Of a DNA stretch of 64,000 bases, positions 23,901-35,900 are shown in pieces. Position 1 is the first letter of the stretch; each line of letters begins with the position of its first letter. The stretch comes from Antechinus flavipes (Eukaryota): contig NC_067401.1 of assembly GCF_016432865.1 (NCBI RefSeq), positions 2,108,001 through 2,172,000 of the forward strand, read 5' to 3'. Under the pieces are notes generated by a model that was not told the DNA's origin, ran no database searches, and worked only from the letters and a program-made list of their open reading frames with translations. The translations under genes and the position numbers were made by a program.

Positions 23901-26900
23901 CCTCAGTCATGGCAACTTGGGGAAACTGTCTCCTGATGACCCTCATGAGGAAGGAAAAAAATAGTCCCTGACACCATGGGGAGCGGCCATGGAGGTAGTG
24001 GTTGTTTGCTCTTCTTGAAGAGGACCGTGACGAGAGGGAGGGGAATTGGATTTAAGTGAGGGGGGCTGGGCAAAGTCACTGGTTTCCCCTCCAGAGCCGC
24101 CTGGGTCCAGTGGCCAGGTAGAGATCAAGCCGACGGGATGGCTTTGATTGCCACGGGAGAACTTGGCCTCTTTAAGCGAAGGTCTTCAGCAGTTTGGCTG
24201 AGCTTGTACCCCCTCCCCTCCCAGTCTCCAGCATCTGCTGAAGGGAATTGTTAAGGAAAGCACGTGGAATTCCCCCTGGGGGACCCATGGAGTGTCCGGA
24301 AGAGCTGGCCACCTCGTCACACTGTGACATGGGAAATCGTGCGGTAGAAGGAAGCTAAGCTCCCTCAAAAAAAAGCAGAGCAAAGCCCCCAAAACTCAGG
24401 GGCTGGAGGAGGCGGAAAGATGCTTCAGGCCTGCCTCTGTGGCTCCTGACCAGCCGCCCTGCCTCTGGATGCTGTTGCCGGGGGGACAGTCTCATGGCTG
24501 CCTCTTGCAAACTGAGGGACAGGAGGAGGAGAAGGGGCTTCCCAGCATTCCTGCTCCTCGGGGCATTTAGAAAGGCTTAAAATAGAACCTTTCTGGGCGC
24601 TTTAATCAATTAATTCACAAAGCCAGCATCCTAATAAAAGCACGGTCATTTGGCCATCTCTCTTAGACCAAAGGCAGTCATGGTACAGGGCTCGTGTGCC
24701 AGCCTTGGGCAGGCTTCGCTAAGAATTTTCCCCACCCGAGCCCGAAGCTGACCACGACGGCTTCCCCACCTGGTGCCTCTGAATCACAGAGTCCAGTGTC
24801 GTCATCCGTAGTGTCCTTCAAAGAGACTGAGCCTTGAAAATCAGGTCTGAAGAGGGCGACCTCCCCAAATCGTTGGTTATCATAATCATTTCTCTCCCTG
24901 TCACTGCCCCTCAAAGGATGGCAGAGCAGAAAGGGAAAGTGAGGAAGGAGAAAGCCAGGGAGGCTTTGCCGTGGGCTGGAGGGAGGCAGTTGGCGTCCGA
25001 AGGCAGGTGAGAGGAGCTTTGTGGGTCGCTCAGCGGGTGAGGCTGCCTTCTGAGGCGGGCGTCAGGCTCTCCCCGTGAGGGTTCCCTCCCTTGTTCCTAG
25101 AGCTCAGCCTGCCATGGCGGCTCCTACTATGCACAGATCCTGTTCACAATGGCTGCCTTTGCTGATAATTCTGAGGAGTGCCCAGTCTAATGAGGGTGGC
25201 AGCCAGGGCAGGGGAGCAGCAGGGGTACCTGCTCATGGTGGGTAGCGTCCGAAGGAAGTATTTCGCAGCTTCAGGGGAGAAGGATCGGGGCCCTCCTGGA
25301 GAGGAGCCTGAGGAGGCCGCACAGGGAGGGAGGCCGCGGCTGGGGAGGCGTCTCGTAGTTGGGCTCGAGGCGGTGAACAGCCGAGCTGTCTCTGAGGGTG
25401 GAGGGTGGTCTGTGGAGTGAGCCAGGGTTCAGGGGCAGGGGGTGAGGAGGATGATTGCCGGGTGGTGAGCCTGAGGCTGTGGGTGGATATCCTCCATGTG
25501 TGGTGTTCTGTGGGGAAAGAGACTATCTCTGAATATCCTTCGTCTCCTTGGTCAGAGACAAGGAATGGTGGCCAGGGCCTGAAACCCTCGCTGGAGCTCT
25601 CTGGGACCCTGGCAGATGCCAAGATTGCAGCTCTGGAGCTGGGAAGGACCCTCGTCCTTCGCCCGGAGAAGCAGCCCCCTTCTTTGCCCCGCTCTGATTG
25701 GCTTCCCCTCCCCCTGCACAGTCTGAAAAGGACACCCTGGGAAAAGGGGCTCGGTGGCCTCTGGGGACAGCCTTCTCGTGCTTCCAGGAGCGGTTCCTTC
25801 CAGGCTTTTCCCTGCCCTTGGGTGCGGACCCCCACCTCTTGGGGCTGGATGAGAGTCCTTTACTCTAGACCTGTGGCTCGGGCCTGCGTGGTCTGACAGG
25901 GCGGGGGAGGTCTCAGTCCATGGTCAGTGCCGGCTCCGTGGGGAGCCGAGAGAGGGTCGCTGGGGCCCTGGGCTGCCCAGTGGGCCGGCTGGCATTGCTG
26001 CTCCAGTCATTGCAGGGTCAGATCTTTGAAGAGACCTCAGGGAACTGGTTCGCTGCTGACTCACTGCCCGCACCTGAGCATGGAAGGGGAGAGAGGGGCT
26101 GCCCAGAGATGCCCCGGGTCAGGCGGTTGGGGAAACTGAGGCCCAAGGGGGAAGTGGCAAATGGCTGCAGGCGCACAGGGGGCGGGTAATTCTTCCGGTG
26201 GCCCTTGGCCTTCTCTGAAATGATGCGGCCGGAGGAGACTGAGCCGCTGGCCCTGGGGCAGGGATCGGTGGGCTCTGGCCTGGCCCTGCCTTCATTTTTC
26301 ATGTCAATCCCGGGGATCCCTTGATGCTTCGCTGGTATTAGAAGTTAGAAGCGTGTTTGTGGGCTCCGGAAGGATGGAAGGGCCCAGGCCCATCCAGACG
26401 AATATGGCTAGCAGAGCCCGAGGCCTTGGAGGAGGCCGTCTTGGCAGATTGTGGCCCTGCAGGGCCTAAGTGCGGGCTGGGTGGCTGAGACCCGGCCCAG
26501 CCTTGAAGGGGGGAGGCTCGGAGGCCTTGTCTCTGACCGGGGGGCCTCCCACGAGGCTCCTGCTACTGCTGGCGGGCAGAGCTCTGAAGCGCACCCCTGT
26601 GGTCTGAACATGGAGGAGGCTCAACCGTGTATCGCCCCGAGGGGGCCTTTTCTCCCCCCTGAAAGCTCTCTGTTACGCATTGGCCCCTTGGTAGGAATTA
26701 GCGATGGCAGTCCGGGAAAGAGACAAAATCATTGTCCGGCTGAGCAGTAACCTTCAGCAGGCGAGGCAGAGTCACCAGCATGTCCAGCAGGAGGCGCTGC
26801 TCCTGGCCACTCAGATGCATCATTTGCAACATCAGTTACAAGAGGTAATTTGCCGTGGAAGAACATTTTGGATTTTTTTTTTCTGAGGCGATTGGGGTTA

Positions 26901-29900
26901 AGTGACTTGCTCAGAGTCACACAGACAGGAAATGTTAAGTGTCTGAGGCCAGATTTGAACTCGGGTCCTTCTGACTTCAGGGCTGGTACCGTCTCCACTG
27001 CACCACCCAGCTGCCCTAACATTTTGATTTTTAAGAAAAAACTTTTTTATAGAGGTCGGCTCTTTTCCTTTGGAAAAAAAGTTTTGGTTTGCAGCTTCCT
27101 GCACTCACTGCCGCGGCCCAGCCTTCCTCGGCCCACATGGGGTAGGGGCAGACTCCAACGGGAGGCCTGCTGCGTGACGTCATGTGGACTAAGGTCAGGC
27201 TGTAGCCCTCTAAGGGTTATGGGGCACGCAGCAAATACCCTCTGCCCTCTGAGTAACCCTGTGAGGTAAGGCTACAGTTATCCTAGCTTAGTGGGAGGAG
27301 GTTTCCCTTCCTGTGCTGTCGACACAAGGCTTTGTTTCTTCAGGTGCTTTAAGGTCCCTCTCTGCCCCTCCTCCCTGTTCCCTTCCACTTGTTTGTTCTC
27401 CCTTTCCCTTTGGGGTTTGGCTCACTAGTTCCTTTTTCTGTCCTGCTTTTATCTGGCATACGATTCTCCCCCTTTTTTTCTTCCTAGTAACTCTGACCCG
27501 AATTCTTCCTCCTCTCCCCTTTAACTAGTTCTGTTCATCATGTGGCTCACATGACTCAGAAATCACTACTTCACAGAGGAGGAAGCTGAGGCAGGTGGAA
27601 GTGAAGCGACTTGCCCAGAGTCGTGTAGCTAGTAAGTGTCTGAGGCTGGGTTTGTTCTGACGTCCTTTCCTTCTCACTCCTCACTTTGAATCATTTCGTA
27701 TAAATATAAAAAAAAAAAATGACAATCCTATACTAAAACTTGTTCATCTGTTCCCTGATCTCTGGAAATCCCCTTGATGTCCACTTCTTAGTCCCTCCCA
27801 AAAGATCTGCTCTAGATATTTTTGTGCATATAGATCCTTTTCCTTTTCCTTTTCCATTTTTTTTAAACATATGAATGGAAAGTTCTGCAACTTTTCCTTT
27901 GAACTTTTACTCGTGGTTTTGGTGGATCACAAGGTACGCACAAGTTTGTTGTTCTTTGGGTGTAGTTGCAGCTTTTTCTCCAGATGGTTGGACTAGTTCA
28001 CAACTTCACACAGTGCATTAGTGTCCCGGTTTCCCCACATCCTTCCCAGTTTCCTTTTTTGGTCATCTTCACCAATCTAATAGGTGTGGATGCTTTCATT
28101 TGCATTGTGTTCATTAGTTGGCAGCCTTTTCCAAAAAGGATTTCTCTTCTTTCCTTTCTGTCTCCTCGTTCTCTGACTCAGGACCCTTAGTTCTGTGTTG
28201 TCCTCACATTACAGAGTCCTGGTTACAGAGTCCTTCATCTCCTCAGGGTTGGACTCTTTATTCATAGGGGCCTGAACTTGTTTTCGGGATTTCCTTCTAT
28301 TGTTACTATTTTTCCTCTTGCTCTATCTGCTTATTTTCAAGTTCTGAGATGTTTTCTTTCCGAGACCTTGGTGCTTTCAGGGATTTTCACCTCATTTTCC
28401 CTTATTGTTCACTTTCTGACTCTGCCCCCTGTTCTGTGGTTTCCTTGGAAGCTGGATCTCAGTCCTCAGCCTTGCCCCACACTGGGCCGCTCCTAGCAGC
28501 CCAGCCCAGGCCCTTTCCCCAGCTGACTTCTAGATAGTCAGAAATGACCCCGCCGTGGTGAGTGCTGCACAGCCTCCTGTGCGCGGGCCTGTCCGGCTCC
28601 CACCATTCTTCGTTCTCTGGCCCAGCAGCAGCTGTTTGGAGAGGGGCCGTGCCGGCCGCTGACGTTACATGGGCCGTCCGCGGCAGCACTGTTTGTCTGT
28701 CAGGGCCCGAGCAGACTAGACTCCCTTGGTTCGGGGCACGGGGTAGAAGGGGAAGACGGGAAGATGATATCCTAGAGTTGGAGACGGCCGAAATGGATTC
28801 CTTTCTGGTGCGTGATTTCTGTTTTGGAGAGATTTGAGAGCTACAGGAATTGGAGAAAACATCTGGTCCTACATCTTGTTGCTCATGTAACCCAGAAATC
28901 ACTATTTTACAGAGGAGGAAGCTGAGGCAGGCCCAAGTGAAATGACTTGTTCAGAGTCATATAGTTAGTAAGTGTCTGAGGCTGGGTATGTTCTGAGGTC
29001 CTCCTGGTCCTAGGCCTTGCGCTCTGTCCTGGGCCTCCCGGCTGCCTCAGCACTCTTGTTAAATGCTTATTCTGTACCAGGTTATACGTTAAGTGGAGAG
29101 CAAGAAGTGTTTTCCCCTGCAGAGAGTCTGGGAAAGCTAGAGGGTGAGTCTCCACGTGAAGGGCTTTGAATGCCAAACCAAAGATGTGAGATGGATGGTA
29201 GATCCTAGGCCTTGGGCACTGATGACTGACTGGAGTAGAGTCAGGGCGAGAGAAGGACCCAGGACGAGGCTGGCAGGGAGGCCCGAGCTTATCCGAAGGG
29301 GCCTTAGAAGAAACCTGGCAGAGGGTAAGGGGGCGTGGGGCTGAGGGCTGAAGCTTGGCTTTGAGGCCTAGAGGGGGATGGTGAGCACAGTTCTCAGCAG
29401 CTGTGGGTTTGGGCTCCCAGGTAGGAGCTCTCTGAGTGTTGGCCAGGAGTGCAGGAGCAGAGCTTTTATTGGGAGGAATTAGCCAGCCTGCAGCTTGGGG
29501 CACGTGATGTCCCTGGGCCCGGAGAGACCAGGAAGAAGCAGTCAGAGCCGTGGCAGGAGGGTTATCCAGCAGGGGAAGGCGGTCCCTCATCCACTCTCAG
29601 GGTCTGCCGGACTGGACGGCCGAGCCAGGAGCGGCTGCGGGGAGGGTCTCGTTGGCACAGAGGGCTGGACGCAAGAGGAGGAGAGGCCCCTGGGCCGGGG
29701 AGTTTTTTCCAGAAGCCGCTCCCACTCACTGCTGTGTGACCCTGGTCACAGCCCTCCCCTCCCTGGCCCCTTCCAGGCCCAAATTGAGAATCCTGAAGAT
29801 TCTGAGGAACAAATGGGGGTGAAGCGGAGGGAGCAAACAACGGGAGCGTGGTCCCGAATTGAGTTGGATGAAATGGACATCTTGAGGCTGCTAGGAGCCA

Positions 29901-32900
29901 CCGGGGGTAGCGTGTTGAGGGGTGGGATGGGAAGGCCCTGGCCTCAGACACTTCTGCTTCCGGTTCCTCATCCCTAAAGTGGTTGCGGTGTCAGCACCTA
30001 CCTCTTAGGGTCATTGGGAAGATTAAAGGAGCCAGAACGTGCTGAAGCTCTGGCCGGCCTGAAAGAGCTGTGGGGGTATTCAAGGCAAGGTGGGATGGCC
30101 AGGTGTTGGGCCTCAGACATCCAATATGGCCCGGATGGGATGGTCACAGAGACCTTTCCCACTCTGTCTGGGACTCTCAGAGCAGGAAGGGCGTGAGGGA
30201 TCCAAGGGAGTGGTGGAAGAGCAGTGAGGTGATCTGAGGGATCAAGAGGGGGCTTTCATTGCAAGGACCTTAGCCTCCTCTAAGGGAGAGGGGAAGCCTT
30301 TGAGAATGGGGGAGGATGGGAAGGGTGAGGACCACATCCTGATCGGGACTCACCGCTGGGTAGAGCAAGCACTCTCTCTGCCTTTACACAGTTTGCTCTG
30401 ATGTGTGAGGAGCTATTGGGGATGGGGGAGAAGGCAGGCACCCCGGTAGCTTCCTTCTTTGGAGAGTTCACCGGCCAATCACTTGGTGTTTAGAATAGTG
30501 AGCTTCTGAGGAGCAAGATGCCGGCCAAAGGAGGCCCGTTACAGCCCCGGCCCCTGGCAGCAGCCTCTCTGCAGTGCCCGCCGGAGCCGAGCGCTCCCCT
30601 GCAAGGTCCATTCCACAGCACTCCCCTGCAGCTCCAGTACCACAGGGCCCAGGATTTGGAGACACAGATAGCAGCGAATCAGCAGGTGAGGAAGGTTGGA
30701 GGCTCCCTCAGGGGCCTTGGCTGGAGCAGCCCCTCTTGTTCGAAGAGGCTCTTTTCTGTGGGGAATCAAAGAGCTAGAGCGGCCCTCGTGACTGTACAGG
30801 GTTCAGTTGGGACTCTGCAGGACCCGCTAGGCCTCATGTCCTACAGGTGCTGGCTGCCTGACCTCACCCTGCTGAGGCCTTCCCTTCTCTGGCTTAGCAG
30901 ACGCCCATCCCATGCTGATGGAAGGTGGGGGGGATGGTGTGTCCTCCCTGAGAGGTCACTGGAGTGACTACATCACAGGTCCAATGGTCCCCAGCCGGCT
31001 CTCCCTAGTCACTCTGGTTCTGTTGGAGCAGAGTTACCCCATGTAGATTAGAGAACCAATTCCTTGTTTGTGTTCCAATTAGAATTTTATTCTCCCAGGG
31101 CCTTCTTAGTGCTTAATAATTGGCTAAAGTGCTTTGTTTCCAGAAAGGGACAGTAAATTCTTTTGTATTCAAACAAGGGAATTGTCTCTGCAGACTTGGG
31201 AAATCTCCAATTAGGAATTGTCCCCCTTGTGACTAATTGGAAGGAAAAGGCCTTATCTATACCAAGGTCTGATCAGAATTTGCCTGGAGTCATTTGGAAA
31301 TCATTGACTCTGGTTTTCCTTAACTTCTCCATCATCCTACATAATTTGAGACAATTTTGTGGTGATGTTGGAACTTTTTTGCTACTAAAAATTAACTTTC
31401 TAAACAAAAAAGGCCCCGGTGGGTCTAGCCTGTGCTGACTTATATTTAAGTTAACATTAAGTCCGGTGAAATAATAACTGATTGTTTTTAATTAATGTGC
31501 AAATTAGCATGGCGAGTTTTCTTCTTAGTTGATATGTAACATTTTATTTTTAAGAATGTCAAAGATAAAGAGAAAATTTCTGCCGAGATGGAAGAACATT
31601 TGAAAAGTGCCGTTGAGGAGCTGTCATGGGTGGTCAGAGAGGAAGAAGGGCTGAGCAGCAGCGTGCGAGACCCTTTACATCTTGTCCACGAGGCCGTAGT
31701 TTCACCAGAGCAAGGTGTTTCAGTGAAAGATGCAGAAGTCAGACTGTTAAACCAGGAAAAGCGAGAGTGTGTTGAGGAGTCCCAAGAACATCCCCTAAAG
31801 GAGGTTTCTGAGCTGCCTCAGGATCCGAAGCGGGAGCCTGGGCTGGGGATCACTGAGGTGAAACGGGCTTGTGCAGACATCGTGGATGGGACATACAGGA
31901 AAGCAGGTGGGCCCACAAGAGCGGGAACCCTTCCACTTAGAGGCCCGAGAGACAGGGAGCCACAGAGCCTCAGTGGAGTTAATGCCAATTTAAACGATCA
32001 ACTCCGTGAGTTGGATCTTCATCAAAATGGCTCGTGTGCAACACCAGAGAGCCAGACGGCAGCTTTTCAGGAGGAAGGAGATGAGACTGAGTGGGTGGAG
32101 GAAGCTGTGCTGGAGGATCTTAAAAGGAAGTTTTCACCTGCAGAGAAACACTTGGAGAAAGCTTGGGACTCCGAGGGTGATGAGCAAAATGGGGGTGAGG
32201 AAATGCAAAAACTCAGCTCCCGTGTGCAAGGAGTGAATGGGGAGCTGCTCCAAGAATCTGAAAAGAGCAGAAACCTCCAGCTGGAGGATGTCGGGGAAAT
32301 CACTTCCCGTGAGCAGGAGAGAGCCTTGCAAGGTGCCTTTGGTGCCCAGAAAGCTGAACCGGAGAGGCTGCGTAGTAAGGTAGGCCTTCAGTCGGGAGAG
32401 CCTCCCTGCCATGAGTTGGAATATCAAAATGTTCTCAAAAGGTTCAGTTTGGAATCTGAAGAAAACCGATGTTTAAAATTTGACATGAGTGAGGAGGACG
32501 AAACGATTGAAGATGGCCCCCTTGGTGGGGAAGCGCCAGTGGAGGGAGTGATGTTAGAGGTAGTCACTGGTGACTTGATGGAAAAGTACCTGGTCTGCAG
32601 CGAACAAGATCATTTGAGTGTCTCTGAGACACCCGAGTATTTTGACATAGAAACTGCTTTTCAGAGTAAATCCGAGAGAGGGAGTCTGGGCTTCGTATCA
32701 GACGAGCTAATCATCGGCTTTGATGAAAAAATGGATTCCGGTGACTTGTCAGAAGGATTGTTTGCTGACCCGGTGACAGACGTGCAGTACGGCAGGGGCT
32801 TCTCTCGTGGAGACTTATGGGAGTTGATGGACAAAGATAAGGTTTACTTGGGAGAGCGGTGTGGGAAGTTAAATCAGCTACCTATAGAAAAGAAGATGGC

Positions 32901-35900
32901 CCTCAAGAATTTCTCTCAGGAGATTGAAAAGGCTGAGGAGACATGGTGGGAGGGGGGCCACAGCCTCCCAATCGAACTGAACCAGGAGGGGGAAAGCTCA
33001 TTTTCTTGTGCTGAGATTGTGCCAAGGCTGGAGGAAGAAGCTGAAAATCCAACGGGAGCTGTGGCTGCAGCTGGCGGCGTCCCACATTCACAAGGCCCAT
33101 CTTCAGCGTCTGCTCAGGGTCTTCTCTGGCCTGGGATGGTCGAGATCTGCCCTGTGGAAGTGGAGAGGGGAGCAGGAGAGAGGACTTCCGACTCGGCGCA
33201 TCTGCACAGTCAGGAGGAGGACAGGCTGCAGGGCCAGCTGGATGCCCACCAAGGCAGAAGCCAAAGATCTGCCGGGCGCCTGGGTCAGAAAACCACTCTA
33301 GAGGAGGCTCTGCTGCAGGAGGTGGAGACCCTGAAGGCCGAGATCGCTACTAAGGAAAGTCTGTTTACCCAAATTGTCAAAGAAAAAAATAATTTGGAAA
33401 AAATGTTTTCTAAAGATAGAGAAAATCTTGAGGAAAACATATTCGAACTGACTGAGAAAATTAAATGCTTGGAAAAAGAACAGCGGTGTGAAAAAATAGA
33501 ATTAGTGGGACGGTCTAAATTGGCTCCTTCAGAGGGTCAGAAACCTGATGCTGAAATAGAGGCAGAAGACTCAGATATCATGCAAGCAGAGAATAACCCG
33601 ATTCCACCAATGGTTTCCTTGAAAAATGCTCTAGCAGACCCCCCGTGGCGGCCGCAGGGGGAAGCACAGAAAGCTGCTTGGGCTCTGGAGGACGTCTGGT
33701 CGGAGCTGAGCAGCCGCTATGAGAAGCAGATGACTCAGTTGAAGCATCAGCAGGAGGCCGAGAGGGCCCAGCTGAAGCGGGAGCACCAGAAAGAGGTAGG
33801 CTGGTGGGGCGCCGAGGGCATCCGTATTTTCCTAGGTGCTCCGGGTGGAGCTTTTGAACAGAGCCCTCTCCTTGTCCTTCATCTTATTTCTAGGTGGAGG
33901 CCATGAGTGAACAGATGAAGGAAGAGCTGGGCAAGCGGCAGCACAAGTGGGACGAAGAGCGGAAAGAACAGATTGGCATGATTAAGCAGGTATTCCCGTG
34001 ACCGGCGCGGTCCTTCCTCTTGTCCGGGAGCCGTCCTCCGGTGGCCACGCCGGCCTGGCCGCCTCGCAGGCGCAGAATGAGGGGCTGAGGACCCTGCCCC
34101 AGTCTGTGAAAAGCTCCTAACGGCTTTGGTTCAAAACAAATGGCTATCGTAGCGTTGGGTTTTACGTCACCTAGATTTCATTCCTTTGTCAGAGAGCTAG
34201 TCCATAGGACAAAGACTTTTTTTTAAGAAAGGAAGAAAGGGGAAGGGAAGAAAGCATTAGCCACGGGCTTTTAAGGATCTGGGTCTAGAGATAGCGTTCC
34301 CCCTTGAGGCTCTGGCCTCTGCGCGGGAGTAGGTCTCACAGCCCTTCCGCTCAGCCCACCTTGTTCTTTGTAGTTTCAGACATTCACTTCTGACTGTTTG
34401 TGTTTTATTCTCCTTGTCGTATGTCTTTCGTCCTTCTGGTTGTCCTGCCATCCCTCTGCTCTCTCGCTGCTGTCTTCCGGACTTCCCTCAGTCTCTCCGT
34501 GCTTCTTTGCCTTGTCAGAGTCACCCTTTCTCGGAGCACAGCAATATCCACTCACAGTAAGGCTCTGGGGAGTTTAGCCATTCCTCAAACAACGGGCATC
34601 TACTTTGGTTCCGGTTCCGCACAAGACAGAGCGGCAATCACGATAAAGCAAAGCTACCATTTTGGGGAATGAAAGGAAGAGCTTCTGCCCAAATCGAATG
34701 AATGAATCTGGGATAAGGAGGGAGACAGATGATGGGAAAAGATTCTGTGTCACGGTTGTCTGAGGCCTTTGGTATCCAGCATATGTTGGGTATCCAAGAT
34801 ATCTCTATCTGTATGTGTATCTATCTGTACCTATATCTCTCTAGCCAGCAAATGTGTGTTTGTGCTCGTGTGCATTTGTGACCCCAGTTAAAACAAGCCC
34901 GATACTCCCCCTGAAAATTGGCTATGGTAACGAGATGGGAGTGGTCATTGTTGGGAGGGGTCCGGAAGCCTGATAAGCTGAGGCTTGTCTGAGCGGTGAG
35001 GTAGAGGAACTGTTTTGGAGAGCTGTTTATATTGTGCAAATGAGCCAGAGATTGTACTTAGGAGGCACATGCCCCAAGGGCTTGGAGAAGAGGGACGTCC
35101 CCATGGATGTCTGATATGGGCAGACTTTTTCTGGGGGCCAATAATGTTGCCATTCACTGGGCACTTTTTTGATCCCCAATGGGATTTTCACGGCCGATCG
35201 GACGGGAGGGAGGGATTGTTTCAGTGTTGGTCAGTCTGGACTTGGACAGATCGCAGCCAGCTAAGGATGAGGTGGTTAGGCCGGGATTCTTCCTTTCGCT
35301 TGGGATGCGTGGCCTCGCCCATCCCTCAGTGTTGCCTTTCCTCATCATTATTTTCTGCTTCTGGATGTGCGGCTTTATTGTGGCGCAGCCAGTGAAGCTT
35401 CTGTGATGATTCTTGTTGTCAAAAGAGGGTTGCTCAGTCCAGCGTCCACTGATTGTGCTCAGCTTGGGCTCTGGCTGACTTGATTTTGGAGGAAATTTTT
35501 TTTTCCTGAATTGGGGTCGATACTGACAATTGGATTTCTCTCTCCTGTGTTGAGCCTTTTCCATTTCCCCCGCTTTCCCTTCCCAAGCTTTTCCGATATC
35601 AGGTGCTTTTGAAGTCGTGGGAGAGGAAGTGGGGAGCTCCGGCGCCCGGTCATGGAGTCTTCTTGTCTGTCTTGTTGTAGACCTGTGGTTGGGGGCTGAG
35701 GGCAGACTTTGGATGCCAAGGGGTCCCATGGCCTTCCTCCATCCAGTGAGGAGGCCGGCCTGACGCATGCCGCGGCTCGTGGCCAGCCCCGAATCTGTGA
35801 GCCCACAGTGACCGGTGTCATGCCCAGGGCTGGCCAAGGATGAACTCTCTCCTTCCATACTTGGACCCAGGCCTTTCTTAAAAAATTTGATTTGCTCCTT

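Noticed and set aside
28704-28808. Coding-looking EDDILELETAEMDSFL with a gtgcgt donor
   Set aside because: No acceptor in a phase compatible with the flanking exons
27540-29000. Similar blocks at 27555 and 28895 suggesting a 1.3-kb tandem duplication
   Set aside because: Similarity is confined to a CORE-SINE fragment; the flanks do not align
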